Of a stretch of 64,000 nucleotides of DNA, positions 11,267 through 24,793 are shown one piece after another; positions within the stretch are counted from its first letter, which is position 1; each line of letters opens with the position of its first letter. The DNA is from Alphaproteobacteria bacterium (GTDB taxonomy: Bacteria; Pseudomonadota; Alphaproteobacteria; UBA828): the NCBI GenBank assembly GCA_965214705.1, contig CBDCCI010000002.1, forward strand, positions 2,784,001 through 2,848,000. Direction: 5' to 3'. The notes beneath the pieces are model-generated. The model had not been told where the DNA came from, did not search any database, and saw only the letters and a program-made list of their open reading frames with translations. A program made the position numbers and the translations under genes.

Positions 11267-12376
11267 ATGCTACACGTGAACAGACGTGACGTTCTGAAGA
11301 TGGGTGGCGCGCTAGGTGCTGCCTCGGCCGCAACCCCGGTCATGGTGGCGTCGGCCAGCGACGCGGACGTAAGCGGCCTCCCCAGGGTCAAGCAGGAGCT
11401 CGTCGCTCCGCCCTTCGTTCCGGCCCATGAGCAGGTTGCCACGGACGGACCGAAGATCATCGAGGTGGAGCTCACCGCCACCGAGGACAAGCGCGAGATC
11501 GACGACGACGGCACCATGCTCAACACGCTGTCGTTCAACGGCTCTATTCCGGGGCCGCTGATGATCTGCCACGAGGGCGACTACATCGAGCTCACGCTGA
11601 AGAACCCGGCGAGCAACACTTTCGAGCACAACATCGACTTCCACGCGTCGACCGGTGCGCTCGGCGGCGGCGGGCTCACGCTCATCTCGCCCGGCGAGCA
11701 GGTCAAGCTGCGCTGGAAGGCAACCAAGGCCGGCACCTACATCTACCACTGCGCGCCGGGGGGAACGATGATCCCCTTCCACGTCGTCTCCGGCATGAAC
11801 GGGGCGGTCATGGTGCTGCCGCGCGACGGCCTCAAGGACCGTCACGGCAACCCGCTCCGCTACGACCGGGCCTATTACATCGGCGAGCAGGACTTCTACG
11901 TGCCCCGCGACGCCGATGGCGAATTTATCGACTACGCCGACCACACCGAGGGCATGGCCGACATGTTCGACGTGATGCAGACGCTTACGCCAAGCCACGT
12001 TGTGCTGAACGGCCGGGTCGGCGCGCTCACCGGCGACAACGCGATGACGGCGAACGTCGGCGAGTCGGTGCTGTTCATCCACTCCCAGGCGAACCGAGAC
12101 TCCAGGCCGCACTTGATCGGCGGCCACGGCGATTATGTCTGGGAGCAGGGCTCGTTCGTCGATCCGCCGGCGGAAGGCTTGGAGACCTGGTTCATCCGGG
12201 GCGGCTCCGCCGGAGCGGCGCTCTATACCTTCAGGCAGTCAGGGGCCTACGTGTATCTCTCCCACAACCTGATCGAGGCGGTCCAACTCGGCTGTCTCGG
12301 CGTCGTCGTCGTCGAGGGCGAGTGGGACCACGATCTGATGACGCAGGTCCAGCCGCCGACCGTGATGACGGCCTAG
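11267..12376 (+). CDS. nirK: Copper-containing nitrite reductase
   Basis: Tat signal RRDVLK; copper-ligand motifs [30 protein letters not shown] and YLSHNLIEA. Confidence 0.96.
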   Translation: MLHVNRRDVLKMGGALGAASAATPVMVASASDADVSGLPRVKQELVAPPFVPAHEQVATDGPKIIEVELTATEDKREIDDDGTMLNTLSFNGSIPGPLMICHEGDYIELTLKNPASNTFEHNIDFHASTGALGGGGLTLISPGEQVKLRWKATKAGTYIYHCAPGGTMIPFHVVSGMNGAVMVLPRDGLKDRHGNPLRYDRAYYIGEQDFYVPRDADGEFIDYADHTEGMADMFDVMQTLTPSHVVLNGRVGALTGDNAMTANVGESVLFIHSQANRDSRPHLIGGHGDYVWEQGSFVDPPAEGLETWFIRGGSAGAALYTFRQSGAYVYLSHNLIEAVQLGCLGVVVVEGEWDHDLMTQVQPPTVMTA

Positions 12377-12494
12377 ATCCTCCCGCACACTGGCTGCTCC
12401 CGGTTCTCCGGGAGCGGCCCATTTCTTCGTCGGTTAGTTTGAGCTTTCGTAGCACGGGATTCGTAACGGGGCTCGCGGCTCGCGAACGGTCCCC

Positions 12495-12977
12495 CTATCT
12501 CCCGGCCGCACCCGCTCCTTGCGACACGAGTCTGCGCTCTTCCCTGGCCGCGAATATGCGCCGGAACACCGGCGCCGGCTTCAGCATGTCTTCCAACGTG
12601 TACTGATCGAGCACGCTGAAAAAGGCTTGCAGGCCCTCCTCGAGAACCCCGGTCAAGCGACAGGGCCCGGCGATCGGGCACGTGTTCTTCTCCCGACCGG
12701 CGAAGCACTCGACCAGCTGGAAGTTCCCTTCGGTGGCACGGATGATCTCGCCCAGATTGATCTCGCTCGCCGGCATCGCGAGCTCCAGGCCGCCGTTCTT
12801 GCCGCGGGTCGTCGTGATGTATCCCTCCTGACCCAGCTGATGGATCAGCTTCATCAGATGGTTCTCGGAAATGCCGTAGGCATCGGAGATTTCCCGGATC
12901 GTGCAGCGCCGGTGGCGGTTGAGACCCAGATAGATGAGGGCTCTCAAGCAATAGTCGCTGTATTTTGTCAGCTGCAT
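12495..12977 (-). CDS. nsrR: Rrf2-family NO-responsive repressor
   Basis: MQLTKYSDYCLRALIYL, ISENHLMK, RGKNGG and three Cys in VECF-x7-CPIAGPCRL; convergent with nirK. Confidence 0.88.
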   Translation of the reverse strand: MQLTKYSDYCLRALIYLGLNRHRRCTIREISDAYGISENHLMKLIHQLGQEGYITTTRGKNGGLELAMPASEINLGEIIRATEGNFQLVECFAGREKNTCPIAGPCRLTGVLEEGLQAFFSVLDQYTLEDMLKPAPVFRRIFAAREERRLVSQGAGAAGR

Positions 12978-13008
12978 GTAACCGACCTCGTCGATGCCAG
13001 CATCGATC

Positions 13009-13938
13009 TTAGCCGTTGAGCCGTGCTTTGTCCGCCATGTGCTTGGTGTGGCTGGGCCACTCCCGGTAGAGGTCCGCGCGCCGCCGGCGGTCCCGGAATG
13101 TCGGCGCGGCGCCGTTCTCGCGATTCTCGTGGATCCTGTCGAGATCGACCACGCCGCGCACCACGGTCTCGATGTTGGGTTCCGGCGCTTCCGCGACGAC
13201 GCCGTTCGGGGCATCCCACGGGGTGTCACAGGGGCTCAGGATCGAGCTGCGTCCCTAAGGGGACGGCAGCGGCCCGCCCGGCGGGAGCACGGCGCTCCCC
13301 CCGCAGTGAACGACGTACACCTGGTTTTCGATCGCGCGCGCCTGGGCACTGTGGCGGACGCGCCAGAAGCCGTGCTCCGTGAAGGTGAGCGATGGGCACA
13401 GAATGATCTCGGCGCCCTGCTCGGCAAGGCTCGCGGCGCACTCCGGAATCTCGGCCTCGTAGCACACGTTGAATCCGACCTTGGCAAAAGGCAGCTCGAC
13501 CATCTCGATGGTATCGCCCTCTTCGGTCGACCACTGCGCTTCGGCCGGAAAGATATGCGTCTTGTCGTGGCAGTGAATCAGTCCGTCGGGACCGTAGAGG
13601 TAGGCGACGTTGAGGTATCTGCCGTCCTTCCTTTCCAGGTGAGAGCCGGCGACGATGTGCTGCCCCCGCTCCCTGGCCTCGCTTTCGAAGAACCGGCGAT
13701 AGTCCTCCGTATAGTTGGTGTTCCCGTATTCATGAATGCGGGTCAGCTCGGAAACTGGCAGCTCCATCCAGTCCGGAAAGGTCGTGAATAGTTCGATGGT
13801 GAAGAGCTCCGGGAAGAGCACGAGATCGGCGCCCTCTGCCCGGTCCAGCAGCCCGCGTGCGTGCGCCGCGAATTCGTCGAAGCTGCCGATGGGCCTGACA
13901 ACGAACTGGCACGCCGCGATCGATACGCTCCTGGGCAT
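13009..13938 (-). pseudogene. Carbon-nitrogen hydrolase (nitrilase family) with internal in-frame TAG at 13255-13257
   Basis: FPE, K and VCYEAEIPE catalytic motifs. The frame continues after the TAG as GRSSILSPCDTPW...ADLYREW to TAA at 13009. Confidence 0.82.
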
Positions 13939-14085
13939 GGCTCAATCTCCTGGGGGGCCCGGCGGTCCGGGTGCCAGTACGGCTAAGGCACGAATTTATG
14001 ATGTAAAAACAGTACTTAACGCGAAATTGGCTTCGTTTTGCAAAAACGTGCTCGCGCACGCGCCGGAGGCCACGCCTCCGGCGGC

Positions 14086-14487
14086 TCAGCCGGCGTTGGC
14101 AGCCAGAAGCTCCGCGAGTTCGACCTCGCGCTCGAACTTCTCGCGTTCCTCATCGCCCTCGGCATCGCGCAAGCGTAGCTGGGCCTGCTCCAGCCGCGCA
14201 TCGGCCTGGGCGCGGTCGATGGCGCCGGCCTCGAACGCCCCGGTGGAGAGCACCGTGCAGCGCTCGCCCGTCACCTCGGCGAAGCCTTCGGCGACCACGT
14301 AGCGGTCCTTGGGCTTCTCGTTCTCGTAGATCTCGATCACGCCGGGCCGGAGCGTGGAGAGCAGCAGCGAATGGCCCGGCAGCACGCCGAAGTCGCCTTC
14401 GGCGCCCGGCACCACCACCATCTCGACGTCGCCGGAGAAGATCAGCCGCTCCGGCGCGACGAGCTCGAACTGCAGGGTGTCGGCCAT
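14086..14487 (-). CDS. atpC: ATP synthase F1 epsilon subunit
   Basis: FELVAPER and GAEGDFGVLPGH; operon position. Confidence 0.96.
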   Translation of the reverse strand: MADTLQFELVAPERLIFSGDVEMVVVPGAEGDFGVLPGHSLLLSTLRPGVIEIYENEKPKDRYVVAEGFAEVTGERCTVLSTGAFEAGAIDRAQADARLEQAQLRLRDAEGDEEREKFEREVELAELLAANAG

Positions 14488-14514
14488 GGCCGTTCCTCGG
14501 GCTCCCGTGCTTGC

Positions 14515-16905
<2,391 letters not shown>

Positions 16906-18435
16906 TTAGGCGAACTTCTTCGAAAACTCGTCGAGGATCGCGGTGAGCGCCTTGTCGCTCTCGTCGCTCATCTCCTGCGAAGCGCGGATCTCCTCTAGGA
17001 GCGTCCCGTGGTTGGCCCGCACCTCGCCCAGGAACTCGCGCTCGAAGCGGTTGACCTCGGTCACCTCGATGCCGTCGAGATAGCCGCGCACGCCGGCGAA
17101 GATGGAGACCACCTGGTCCTCCACCGCCATCGGCGCGAACTGGTCCTGCTTGAGCAGCTCGGTTAGCCGCGCGCCGCGATTGAGCAGCCGCTGTGTCGCC
17201 GCGTCGAGATCGGAGCCGAACTGTGCGAAGGCCGCCATCTCGCGGTACTGGGCCAGCTCCAGCTTGATCCGGCCGGCCACCTGCCGCATCGCCTTCACTT
17301 GGGCCGCGGAGCCCACCCGGCTCACCGAGAGGCCGACGTTAATCGCAGGCCGAATGCCCTGATAGAACAGGTCGGTCTCCAGGAAGATCTGCCCGTCGGT
17401 GATGGAGATGACGTTGGTCGGGATGTAGGCCGAGACGTCGTTGGCCTGGGTCTCGATCACCGGCATCGCGGTGAGCGAGCCCGAGCCGTTGCCCTCGTTC
17501 ATCTTGGCCGCGCGCTCGAGCAGGCGCGAATGCAGGTAGAAGACGTCGCCGGGATAGGCCTCGCGCCCCGGCGGGCGGCGGAGCAGCAGCGACATCTGGC
17601 GGTAGGCCACGGCCTGCTTCGAGAGATCGTCGTAGAAGATCACCGCGTGCATGCCGTTGTCGCGGAAATACTCGCCCATGGTGCAGCCGGCATAGGGGGC
17701 GAGGAACTGCAGCGGCGCGGGCTCCGACGCGGACGCGGAGACGACGATGGAATACTCGAGCGCGTTGTACTCTTCGAGGGTCTTGACGATCTGCGCCACG
17801 GTCGAACGCTTCTGCCCCACGGCGACGTAGATGCAGTAGAGCTTGCGCGACTCGTCGTCGCCGGCGTTCACGTCCTTCTGATTGATGATTGTGTCGATCG
17901 CGACGGCGGTCTTGCCGGTCTGGCGGTCGCCGATGATGAGCTCGCGCTGGCCGCGCCCGATGGGCACCAGCGCGTCGAGCGCCTTGAGCCCGGTCTGCAC
18001 CGGCTCGTGCACCGAGCGGCGCGGGATGATGCTGGGTGCCTTGACCTCGACCCGGCGGCGATCCGCGCCCTCGATCGGGCCCTTGCCGTCGAGCGGATTG
18101 CCGAGCGGGTCCACCACGCGCCCCAGCAGCCCCTTGCCCACCGGCACGTCCACGATGGTGCCGGTGCGCTTGACGATGTCGCCTTCCTTGATGTCGCGGT
18201 CTTCGCCGAAGATCACGATACCGACGTTGTCGGTCTCAAGATTCAGCGCCATCCCCCTGATTCCACCGGGGAATTCGACCATCTCGCCGGCCTGGACGTT
18301 GTCCAGACCGTAGACCCGGGCCACGCCGTCGCCGACCGAGAGTACCTGGCCAACCTCGGCGACATCGGCCTCGGAGCCGAAATTGGCGATCTGTTCCTTC
18401 AGGATTGCCGAAATTTCGGCGGCGCCGATATCCAT
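16906..18435 (-). CDS. atpA: ATP synthase F1 alpha subunit
   Basis: GDRQTGKT and [21 protein letters not shown]. Confidence 0.99.
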   Translation of the reverse strand: MDIGAAEISAILKEQIANFGSEADVAEVGQVLSVGDGVARVYGLDNVQAGEMVEFPGGIRGMALNLETDNVGIVIFGEDRDIKEGDIVKRTGTIVDVPVGKGLLGRVVDPLGNPLDGKGPIEGADRRRVEVKAPSIIPRRSVHEPVQTGLKALDALVPIGRGQRELIIGDRQTGKTAVAIDTIINQKDVNAGDDESRKLYCIYVAVGQKRSTVAQIVKTLEEYNALEYSIVVSASASEPAPLQFLAPYAGCTMGEYFRDNGMHAVIFYDDLSKQAVAYRQMSLLLRRPPGREAYPGDVFYLHSRLLERAAKMNEGNGSGSLTAMPVIETQANDVSAYIPTNVISITDGQIFLETDLFYQGIRPAINVGLSVSRVGSAAQVKAMRQVAGRIKLELAQYREMAAFAQFGSDLDAATQRLLNRGARLTELLKQDQFAPMAVEDQVVSIFAGVRGYLDGIEVTEVNRFEREFLGEVRANHGTLLEEIRASQEMSDESDKALTAILDEFSKKFA

Positions 18436-18436
18436 C

Positions 18437-18994
18437 TCAGATTCCCTTCATCGCCAATTCGAGATTCTGCAACTTTGTCCTGAGCGAGTTGTCGAGCATG
18501 CGCGAGCCGACGCGCACCGTGAGCCCGCCGATCAACGAGGGATCGACGCGGGTCTCGAGCGCCACGTCGCGGCCGACGATGGTGCGGAGCGCGTCCCTGA
18601 CCGCATCCAGATGATTGGGCTTGAGCGGCACGGCGGAGGTGACTTCCGCCGACACCTCGCCCCGGTGGTCGGAGAGCTTCGCCTGAAACGCCGCGATCAT
18701 GTCGGTCAGCAGGAAGACCCGCCGGTTGCGCGCGAGCAGCGCGACGAAGTTCCGGACGTACTGGCTGGTGCCGAGCCGCTCCAGCACCGCGTCCAGGGCC
18801 TTGGCCTGCTCGGCGCGGGAGAGCGTCAGGCTGCGGACGACGCGCTTCAGGTCGTCGCTGCCTTCCACCAGCTCGCGGATGGCCTCGAGGTCGCGCTCGA
18901 TCTCCTCGATCGCGTTGCGCTCCAGGGCGAACTCGAACAACGCGGTCGCGTAACGATCCGCGAGACCGGCTCCGCCGACCGATTGACCAGCCAC
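18437..18994 (-). CDS. atpH: ATP synthase F1 delta subunit
   Basis: ADRYATALF and [22 protein letters not shown]. Confidence 0.96.
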   Translation of the reverse strand: MAGQSVGGAGLADRYATALFEFALERNAIEEIERDLEAIRELVEGSDDLKRVVRSLTLSRAEQAKALDAVLERLGTSQYVRNFVALLARNRRVFLLTDMIAAFQAKLSDHRGEVSAEVTSAVPLKPNHLDAVRDALRTIVGRDVALETRVDPSLIGGLTVRVGSRMLDNSLRTKLQNLELAMKGI

Positions 18995-19255
18995 CGCTAC
19001 TCCCTAGGTTCGCTTCGGATGCGCCGCGGCGCCCGTTGCCGCCTGCGGCGCGGCCGCAAAAAAAGCCTCGCGGGCGCCCGTCCCGGACAAGGCCGCGGAG
19101 TGGTATCACACTCACCGGGCCCGCGCAACCGCGCGGGGCGCCGGCGGCAGGGTGCTGCCTGCTCCATCGGACTCTGGACTCAACCGCCGAATTACTGCTT
19201 GAAGGGGCGCCGACAACACGACGTATTCAAAGGGAATTCGAGGGAGATCGAGCAC

Positions 19256-19906
19256 ATGTCACTGAAGGACGAGTTGGACAAGCTGCGGGCCGCTTCCGTG
19301 GAGAGGTTTCCACCCGAGACCCTCGCCACCATGCAGGGGGCCACGAAAGACCTCATCGCCTCCGGCATTGCCGAGCAGAGTGCCAAAGAGGGCAGCGCTG
19401 CCCCGGATTTCGCGCTGCCCAACGCCCAGGGCGAGCCGGTGGCCTCCGAGGCGCTGTGGGGGGACGGGCCCGTCGTGGTCTCCTTCTATCGCGGCGGCTG
19501 GTGCCCCTATTGCAACATCGAGCTGAAGGCGCTGCAGGATCGGCTGCCTGAGATCGAAGCGCTCGGCGCGCGCCTGGTCGCGATCTCCCCGGAGACGCCG
19601 GACAACGCGCTCACCACCCAGGAGAAAAACGAGATCGGCTTCGAGGTGTTGAGCGACGATGGCAACCAGGTGGCGAGCGCCTTCGGCCTCACCTTCCGCC
19701 TGCCGGATCAGGTCAACGACCTCTACAAGGGGTTCGGTATCGACCTGGAGACCTCCAACGGCGAGGCGAGCCAGACCCTGCCGGTGCCGGCGACCTTCGT
19801 GATCGGCAAGGGCGGCAAGGTGCTCAAGGCCTTCGTCGATGCCGATTACACCAGGCGGGCCGAGCCGGACGAGGTCATCGCGGCGTTGAAGGGAGCGGAC
19901 GAGTAG
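19256..19906 (+). CDS. Peroxiredoxin-like (AhpC/TSA) protein
   Basis: [17 protein letters not shown] and LPVPATFV; start placed at MSLKDEL. Confidence 0.88.
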   Translation: MSLKDELDKLRAASVERFPPETLATMQGATKDLIASGIAEQSAKEGSAAPDFALPNAQGEPVASEALWGDGPVVVSFYRGGWCPYCNIELKALQDRLPEIEALGARLVAISPETPDNALTTQEKNEIGFEVLSDDGNQVASAFGLTFRLPDQVNDLYKGFGIDLETSNGEASQTLPVPATFVIGKGGKVLKAFVDADYTRRAEPDEVIAALKGADE

Positions 19907-19931
19907 CCCGGACTTGCGACAGGAGGTCACC

Positions 19932-20318
19932 GTGTTGAAGACGTACAACCCGTCCGATATCGCGCCGCCATTCGGCCACTACGACCACGGCGTCGAAGCC
20001 GTCAACGTCTCGCGCCTGCTGCACGTCTCGGGGCAGATCGGTGTCGAGCCGGACGGCACCGTGCCCGAAGACGTGGCGGCGCAGATCGAATGCGTCTGGC
20101 GCAACATCGAGGCCGTGCTCGCCGAAGCGGGCATGACCACCGGCAACATCGTGCGGACCATCACATACATGCTGGACGCCGACTACGTGCCGCTGCTCGC
20201 TGCCGCGAGAAAGCAGCACCTCGGCGCCGACCACAAGGCCGCATCGAGCACCATCGTCGTGGCCGGTCTGGTGCGGCCCGAATGGAAGGTGGAGATCGAC
20301 GCTGTCGCCGTGGCCTGA
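19932..20318 (+). CDS. RidA/YjgF family protein
   Basis: LHVSGQIG and VEIDAVA; AGGAGG precedes GTG 19932. Confidence 0.88.
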   Translation: MLKTYNPSDIAPPFGHYDHGVEAVNVSRLLHVSGQIGVEPDGTVPEDVAAQIECVWRNIEAVLAEAGMTTGNIVRTITYMLDADYVPLLAAARKQHLGADHKAASSTIVVAGLVRPEWKVEIDAVAVA

Positions 20319-20345
20319 ACGCTAGACCGCGCCCGCCCGCCCCGC

Positions 20346-21107
20346 TCACGTCCTGATGATGTAGTGGAGCACGATATAGGGCGGCATGTTGTCGTGGGCC
20401 TGGCCGCCGCCCACGGCGGCGCTGCGGCCGAGGGTGGCGTCCAGGCTGCTGCCCTGCAGGCTGTACTTCTCGTCGAAGGCCTGCTGCGGCGAGTAGTCGG
20501 CGGCAACCTGCTCGGTTGCCGTCACCAGCGGGCCGATGCCGACGTTCTCGTCGGCCGCCAGGTGGTGGAAGTGCTCGGGCAGTTCGTCGACCGTGAGCGT
20601 GTGCTCTGCCGCGCCGCCGGTATCGCCAAAGGCATAGACATTGCCGGACGAAAGCACGAAGCGGTCGCGCAGGTCGGGAATGTTGAAGGTGGTCACGCCG
20701 TCGCCGGTACCGTAGCGGGTGCCGATGGCGGCGAACAGATTGGCGAAGGTGGTGCGGCTGATGGCGCTGCCGGTGCACCGGAACCAGCCGCTGGGCGAGC
20801 TCGCACCGGCGTTCAGCATGATCGTGCCGGGCGGCACGCCGGCCACCGGCGCCGGTTGCGGCGGAAGCTGCGCGCTCGGCACACGGCCGGAGCCGTCGAG
20901 CGAGGCGACGCCGCCTGCGACGCCACGGCCGAGCTCGGAATCCGGCACGCGGCGGCGGGAATCGAGCGCGGCCACGCCATCGACGTTGCCGCGCGCCTGA
21001 ATCATGGTCCTGATGTGCTGGAACACCTTGAAGAACTCCGCACGGGGCGGGCGGTCCTGATCCGAGTTGACGCCGGCAGTCGAAATATCGTCCGGGGGCC
21101 AGGGCAT
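20346..21107 (-). CDS. Tail fibre / tail-collar domain protein
   Basis: GVASLD repeats; collar motif PSGWFRCTG..LFAAIGTRYGTGDGVTTFNIPDLR; terminal HDNMPPYIVLHYII. Confidence 0.88.
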   Translation of the reverse strand: MPWPPDDISTAGVNSDQDRPPRAEFFKVFQHIRTMIQARGNVDGVAALDSRRRVPDSELGRGVAGGVASLDGSGRVPSAQLPPQPAPVAGVPPGTIMLNAGASSPSGWFRCTGSAISRTTFANLFAAIGTRYGTGDGVTTFNIPDLRDRFVLSSGNVYAFGDTGGAAEHTLTVDELPEHFHHLAADENVGIGPLVTATEQVAADYSPQQAFDEKYSLQGSSLDATLGRSAAVGGGQAHDNMPPYIVLHYIIRT

Positions 21108-21115
21108 GATGCCTC

Positions 21116-24100
21116 CTATGCTTCGACGCCGCGCACGACGACATCGACCACGGCGTCGGCCGGGTTGCCGGCGCCGTCATAGATGCGGATGCGCGTCGGG
21201 TTGTTCTTGCTCACGAGGGTCCAGGTCCAGCCGGCGCCCACCGATTGCAGGGTGATGTCGAGGTCGGTCACGAGGCCGAGATCGTGCGGCACGATGCGTC
21301 CGTCCGCCGCCGTGCCCTGCCAGGCCGAGGTATCGCGGTCGAGCAGCTTGCGCTCGGCCGCCGGCGCGTGCACCGACCAGCACACGTGATCGAGGCTGAG
21401 CACGATCGAGCCGTCGCCGGTGATCCGCCAGCGCACCTGCAGCCAGCGCGCGGCGACGGTGGTGCCGGCGGGATAGGCGGCCCATGCGGCGGCCCGGAGC
21501 GCGGCCTCCGTCGCGCCGGCGCGGACCTCGAAGACGCGATCGCCTGCGGTCTCGCCGGACCAGCGCAGTGCCACGTCGAAGGGGCCGCCAAGGTCAATCG
21601 GGTCTTCGGTGTAGATCAACTCCGTTCCCGCGTCCGCGCCGTTGCCGGCGCCCCACGACTGCCAGTCGGCCCAGGTGGTGAGATCGGCCCAGGTGTAGTC
21701 GCCGATGCCCTCAAGCGCGTCGGCGCCGTCTTGCGAGCGGCCTGCGCCGGCGATGGTGCCGGGCCAGCCGGTGGCGGCGGGGCAGCGCCAGAGCAGGGCG
21801 TCGCCGAGCCGCTGCGGGCCGAGCTCGGCCAGGATGCGCACCTCGTCCGATAGCCGCCCGCCCGCGTCGATCGCGCGGGCCGAGAATATCCACTCCCCCG
21901 GCGGCGGCTCGACGGTCTCAAGCGGAGACGCGGTGAGGTGGCCCCGGTGCAAGGGCATCATGGCCTGCCAAGTCGGTACCGCGGGCGTTCCGCCCGACGT
22001 CACCTGCGCGCCGGCGCTGGCCGGGGCGAAGCGGATCAGCACGCCGGCGAGGTCGATATCGTCCGGCGGGGTCCAGCGCAGGCGCCGGGTGCCGTCGCCG
22101 AGCACGTCGATCAGGAAGTTGGTGGGCGTGCCGGGGGGCGCGAGGGAGCCTGTGATCTCATGGCTTGCGGTGAACGGCGCGCCGGACGGCGCGGCCTCGG
22201 TGCCGGGCGTGACGGTGACGGTGAGCGAGCCGGTGGGCGGCGCCAGCCAATAGGCCGCCGTCTCGCCGTCGACCAGGCGGGCCACGACGCGCGGCGGCTC
22301 GCCGTTCACGGAAGCGCGCACCGCGCCGCCGCGCCAGTCGCCGGCGACGGTGAGCGCCGCCTCGATCTCGACCGCGAAGCCGGCGCCGACGCGCACCAGG
22401 GTCTCGGCAAGGGCGATATCGAGGACGCGGGGCGGGCGCGGGGTCAGGCCCGGGAAGGGCGCCGAGAGATCGGCGGTGGCGGCGTCGTAGTAGGCCGCCA
22501 CCTCGTCGATCGCGACGAAGCGGACGTGCCGATCGCCGCTCGGGCGCACGGCGATGATGCGCGCACGCGCCGGCAGCAGCGTGTCGTCGTAGAGCCGCCA
22601 CAGGATATCGCGCGCATTCGCGCCGTCGGCGCCGGGCGCGGCCGGCAAGGGCGTCGCCAGCACCAGCTCGGCCACGTCGCCGGCTTCTCCCGGCGGGCGC
22701 GAGACCGCCGAATGATGCAGCGTGCCGTCGAGCAGGCGCAGGAGCAGTGTCGCGCCTGCTCCGGTGCCGAGATCGACCGCGCGATCGAGGCGGACGCGAT
22801 CGGCGCTGCCCCCGGCGAGCCGGCCGGCGGCGCCGCCGTCGATCAGCGAATGCGTGATCGTCACCACGTCGCCGCGCGCGAGCGAAAGCCCCTCGGCCGC
22901 CATCTCCCATGTGAGCCGGCGGCGGTGGTAGACCTGGCGGGCGGCCTGGAGGTTGCAGGCCATCGCCGCCTGCGCGCGATCGGTGACGCCCAAGAGCGTG
23001 ATCGTCGCCGTGCTCGCGGGATGCGCGCCTACGTTCGGCACGGTGCGCCGCAGCGTGTTGTACTGCCAGTCGAGGCCGGGCTCGATATAGCGCACCGCGA
23101 CCTCCTCGGCCGCCGCGCCAGTGGCGTACTCCACACGGAACGAGCCGGCGACGATGTTGCCCGGCGTCACCAGCGCCGTCGCAGGCCGCCCGGCCTGATC
23201 CCAGATCACGCCGAGCCTGCCGGTCTGCCAGGTCACGGCAGCGCGCCCGCAGCGGACGATCAGAGTCAGCACCTCGGCATGGGAAAGCGCGCGGTCGAGC
23301 ACGAAGTCGCAGCGCAGCCCTTGCGCCTGGCACCAGGCGCCCCATTCGATCAGGGCCTCGTCGTCGATCCGGCCGGGCGCGAGGCCGAGGCCGGCGGCCA
23401 GGCGGCCGGCGATGCGCACGCCCCGCGCATACCAGCGGAACAGGTAAGCCGGATTGGACGAGGGCAGCGGCGCGGTCCAGCGCATACCATCCCACGTCGG
23501 CACCCTTTGGCGCACGATGGCGGAAAGGCGATCGAGGCGGCCGGTGAGCTGCCCGGAGGCGCGGATGCGCACGCCGAGCCGGGTCTGCCCCTCATAGTCG
23601 GCCTCGTCCGGCTGATAGGAGCGCAACGCCGTCCAGGCGAGATCGTCGAAAGTGCGCTCGTCGGTGCTGGGGTCGTTCGTGCGGCGCACGCGCACGGTCC
23701 AGTCTCGGGCGCTGCCCAGGTCATAGGCGAGGGTGCGCCTGAGCAGGGTTTGGCGATCGTGCGTGAGCGTGAGCGTGCGCCGCTCGACCGCCAGACCCGG
23801 CGCGTCCCACTCGATCTCGATCTCGACGCTATGGCCCTGAATCGCGCCGTCACGCTCGTTCACGCGAAAGAGGCGCCCGCCAAGGTCGATTCCGATGCGG
23901 TGCGTGCCGGGGGCGGTGGCGCGCTCGACGAAGGCGGTATCGTCCAGCGCCGCGCCGGCCTCGGTGTCCACATTGCCGGCGACCAGCGCGATGCGGCCTT
24001 GCGCGTCGCCGAACTCGGTTTGCACCTCCTCGAAGGCGTCGAGCGTCGTGTCGCCGATCTTGAGCGCGTCCACGTCGAGCGCGCCGAGGCCGAAGTTGAA

Positions 24101-24793
24101 TATCTGGTGCAAGAACTGATCGTCGCCGACGATCTCGGTGTATTCGGCCGCGCCGAGATCGGGAAAGACGCGGTGCTCGCCGAGCACAAGGAGCAAGGGC
24201 TCATAGGGGCGCGCGCGGTTGGCGCCGCCGGTGAGGCTGTAGACCGGCTCGGCGCGCGCGGCCTGCGCCTGGTCGGGCGTGGGCAGCGGCGCGAGGGCGT
24301 TGATGATGAGCCCGCCGACGATCGAGATGGCGGCGCCGATCGCAGCCTGGCCGAGCAGGCTTGAGGTAATCAGCGGCGGCACGAAGACGGAGGCGACGAT
24401 CACGGCGAGCTGGAGCAGGATGCGCAGCGGGTTCTTGTCGCCGCCGCCGTCGCCCGCTGTGGCGCGGAGTGTCACGATCTGCCCGTCGCCCAGCCGCGTG
24501 CTCGACCACGCCGCGCGCGGCACGGGCCGGCCGTCGATCGCGGTCTCTATAGAGGCGTCCGCGCTCAAGCAGCGAAGCGGTAGCGCGGACGCCCCAAGCG
24601 TGCACGCGCCGGGTAGCGCGTCCGCCACGAGATCGGCGAGGGTGGCGCCCGGCAGCACCACGGCCGGGTGCGTCTCGCGGCCTTCCGCCGTGAGCGGGTG
24701 CGGCCACATGTCGGTGGTTATCTTGGGCGCGCTCAAGCAGCGAAGCGGTAGCGCGCCAGAAGAGTCTGCGCCCGGCGACTGAGGGAACTTCAT
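21116..24793 (-). CDS. Tail tip/host-specificity protein (gpI+gpJ/TipJ-like)
   Basis: Ubiquitin-like N-terminal part, a hydrophobic stretch, GGANRARPYEP, SSNPA and FN3-like C-terminal region; 1225 aa; start uncertain. Confidence 0.85.
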   Translation of the reverse strand: MKFPQSPGADSSGALPLRCLSAPKITTDMWPHPLTAEGRETHPAVVLPGATLADLVADALPGACTLGASALPLRCLSADASIETAIDGRPVPRAAWSSTRLGDGQIVTLRATAGDGGGDKNPLRILLQLAVIVASVFVPPLITSSLLGQAAIGAAISIVGGLIINALAPLPTPDQAQAARAEPVYSLTGGANRARPYEPLLLVLGEHRVFPDLGAAEYTEIVGDDQFLHQIFNFGLGALDVDALKIGDTTLDAFEEVQTEFGDAQGRIALVAGNVDTEAGAALDDTAFVERATAPGTHRIGIDLGGRLFRVNERDGAIQGHSVEIEIEWDAPGLAVERRTLTLTHDRQTLLRRTLAYDLGSARDWTVRVRRTNDPSTDERTFDDLAWTALRSYQPDEADYEGQTRLGVRIRASGQLTGRLDRLSAIVRQRVPTWDGMRWTAPLPSSNPAYLFRWYARGVRIAGRLAAGLGLAPGRIDDEALIEWGAWCQAQGLRCDFVLDRALSHAEVLTLIVRCGRAAVTWQTGRLGVIWDQAGRPATALVTPGNIVAGSFRVEYATGAAAEEVAVRYIEPGLDWQYNTLRRTVPNVGAHPASTATITLLGVTDRAQAAMACNLQAARQVYHRRRLTWEMAAEGLSLARGDVVTITHSLIDGGAAGRLAGGSADRVRLDRAVDLGTGAGATLLLRLLDGTLHHSAVSRPPGEAGDVAELVLATPLPAAPGADGANARDILWRLYDDTLLPARARIIAVRPSGDRHVRFVAIDEVAAYYDAATADLSAPFPGLTPRPPRVLDIALAETLVRVGAGFAVEIEAALTVAGDWRGGAVRASVNGEPPRVVARLVDGETAAYWLAPPTGSLTVTVTPGTEAAPSGAPFTASHEITGSLAPPGTPTNFLIDVLGDGTRRLRWTPPDDIDLAGVLIRFAPASAGAQVTSGGTPAVPTWQAMMPLHRGHLTASPLETVEPPPGEWIFSARAIDAGGRLSDEVRILAELGPQRLGDALLWRCPAATGWPGTIAGAGRSQDGADALEGIGDYTWADLTTWADWQSWGAGNGADAGTELIYTEDPIDLGGPFDVALRWSGETAGDRVFEVRAGATEAALRAAAWAAYPAGTTVAARWLQVRWRITGDGSIVLSLDHVCWSVHAPAAERKLLDRDTSAWQGTAADGRIVPHDLGLVTDLDITLQSVGAGWTWTLVSKNNPTRIRIYDGAGNPADAVVDVVVRGVEA
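24554..24593. repeat. Short palindromic repeat, copy 1 (12-bp stem)
   Basis: GGCGTCCGCGCT-CAAGCAGCGAAGCGGT-AGCGCGGACGCC. Related copies lie at 24726-24757, 24795-24826 (inverted) and 27108-27133 (inverted). Confidence 0.8.
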
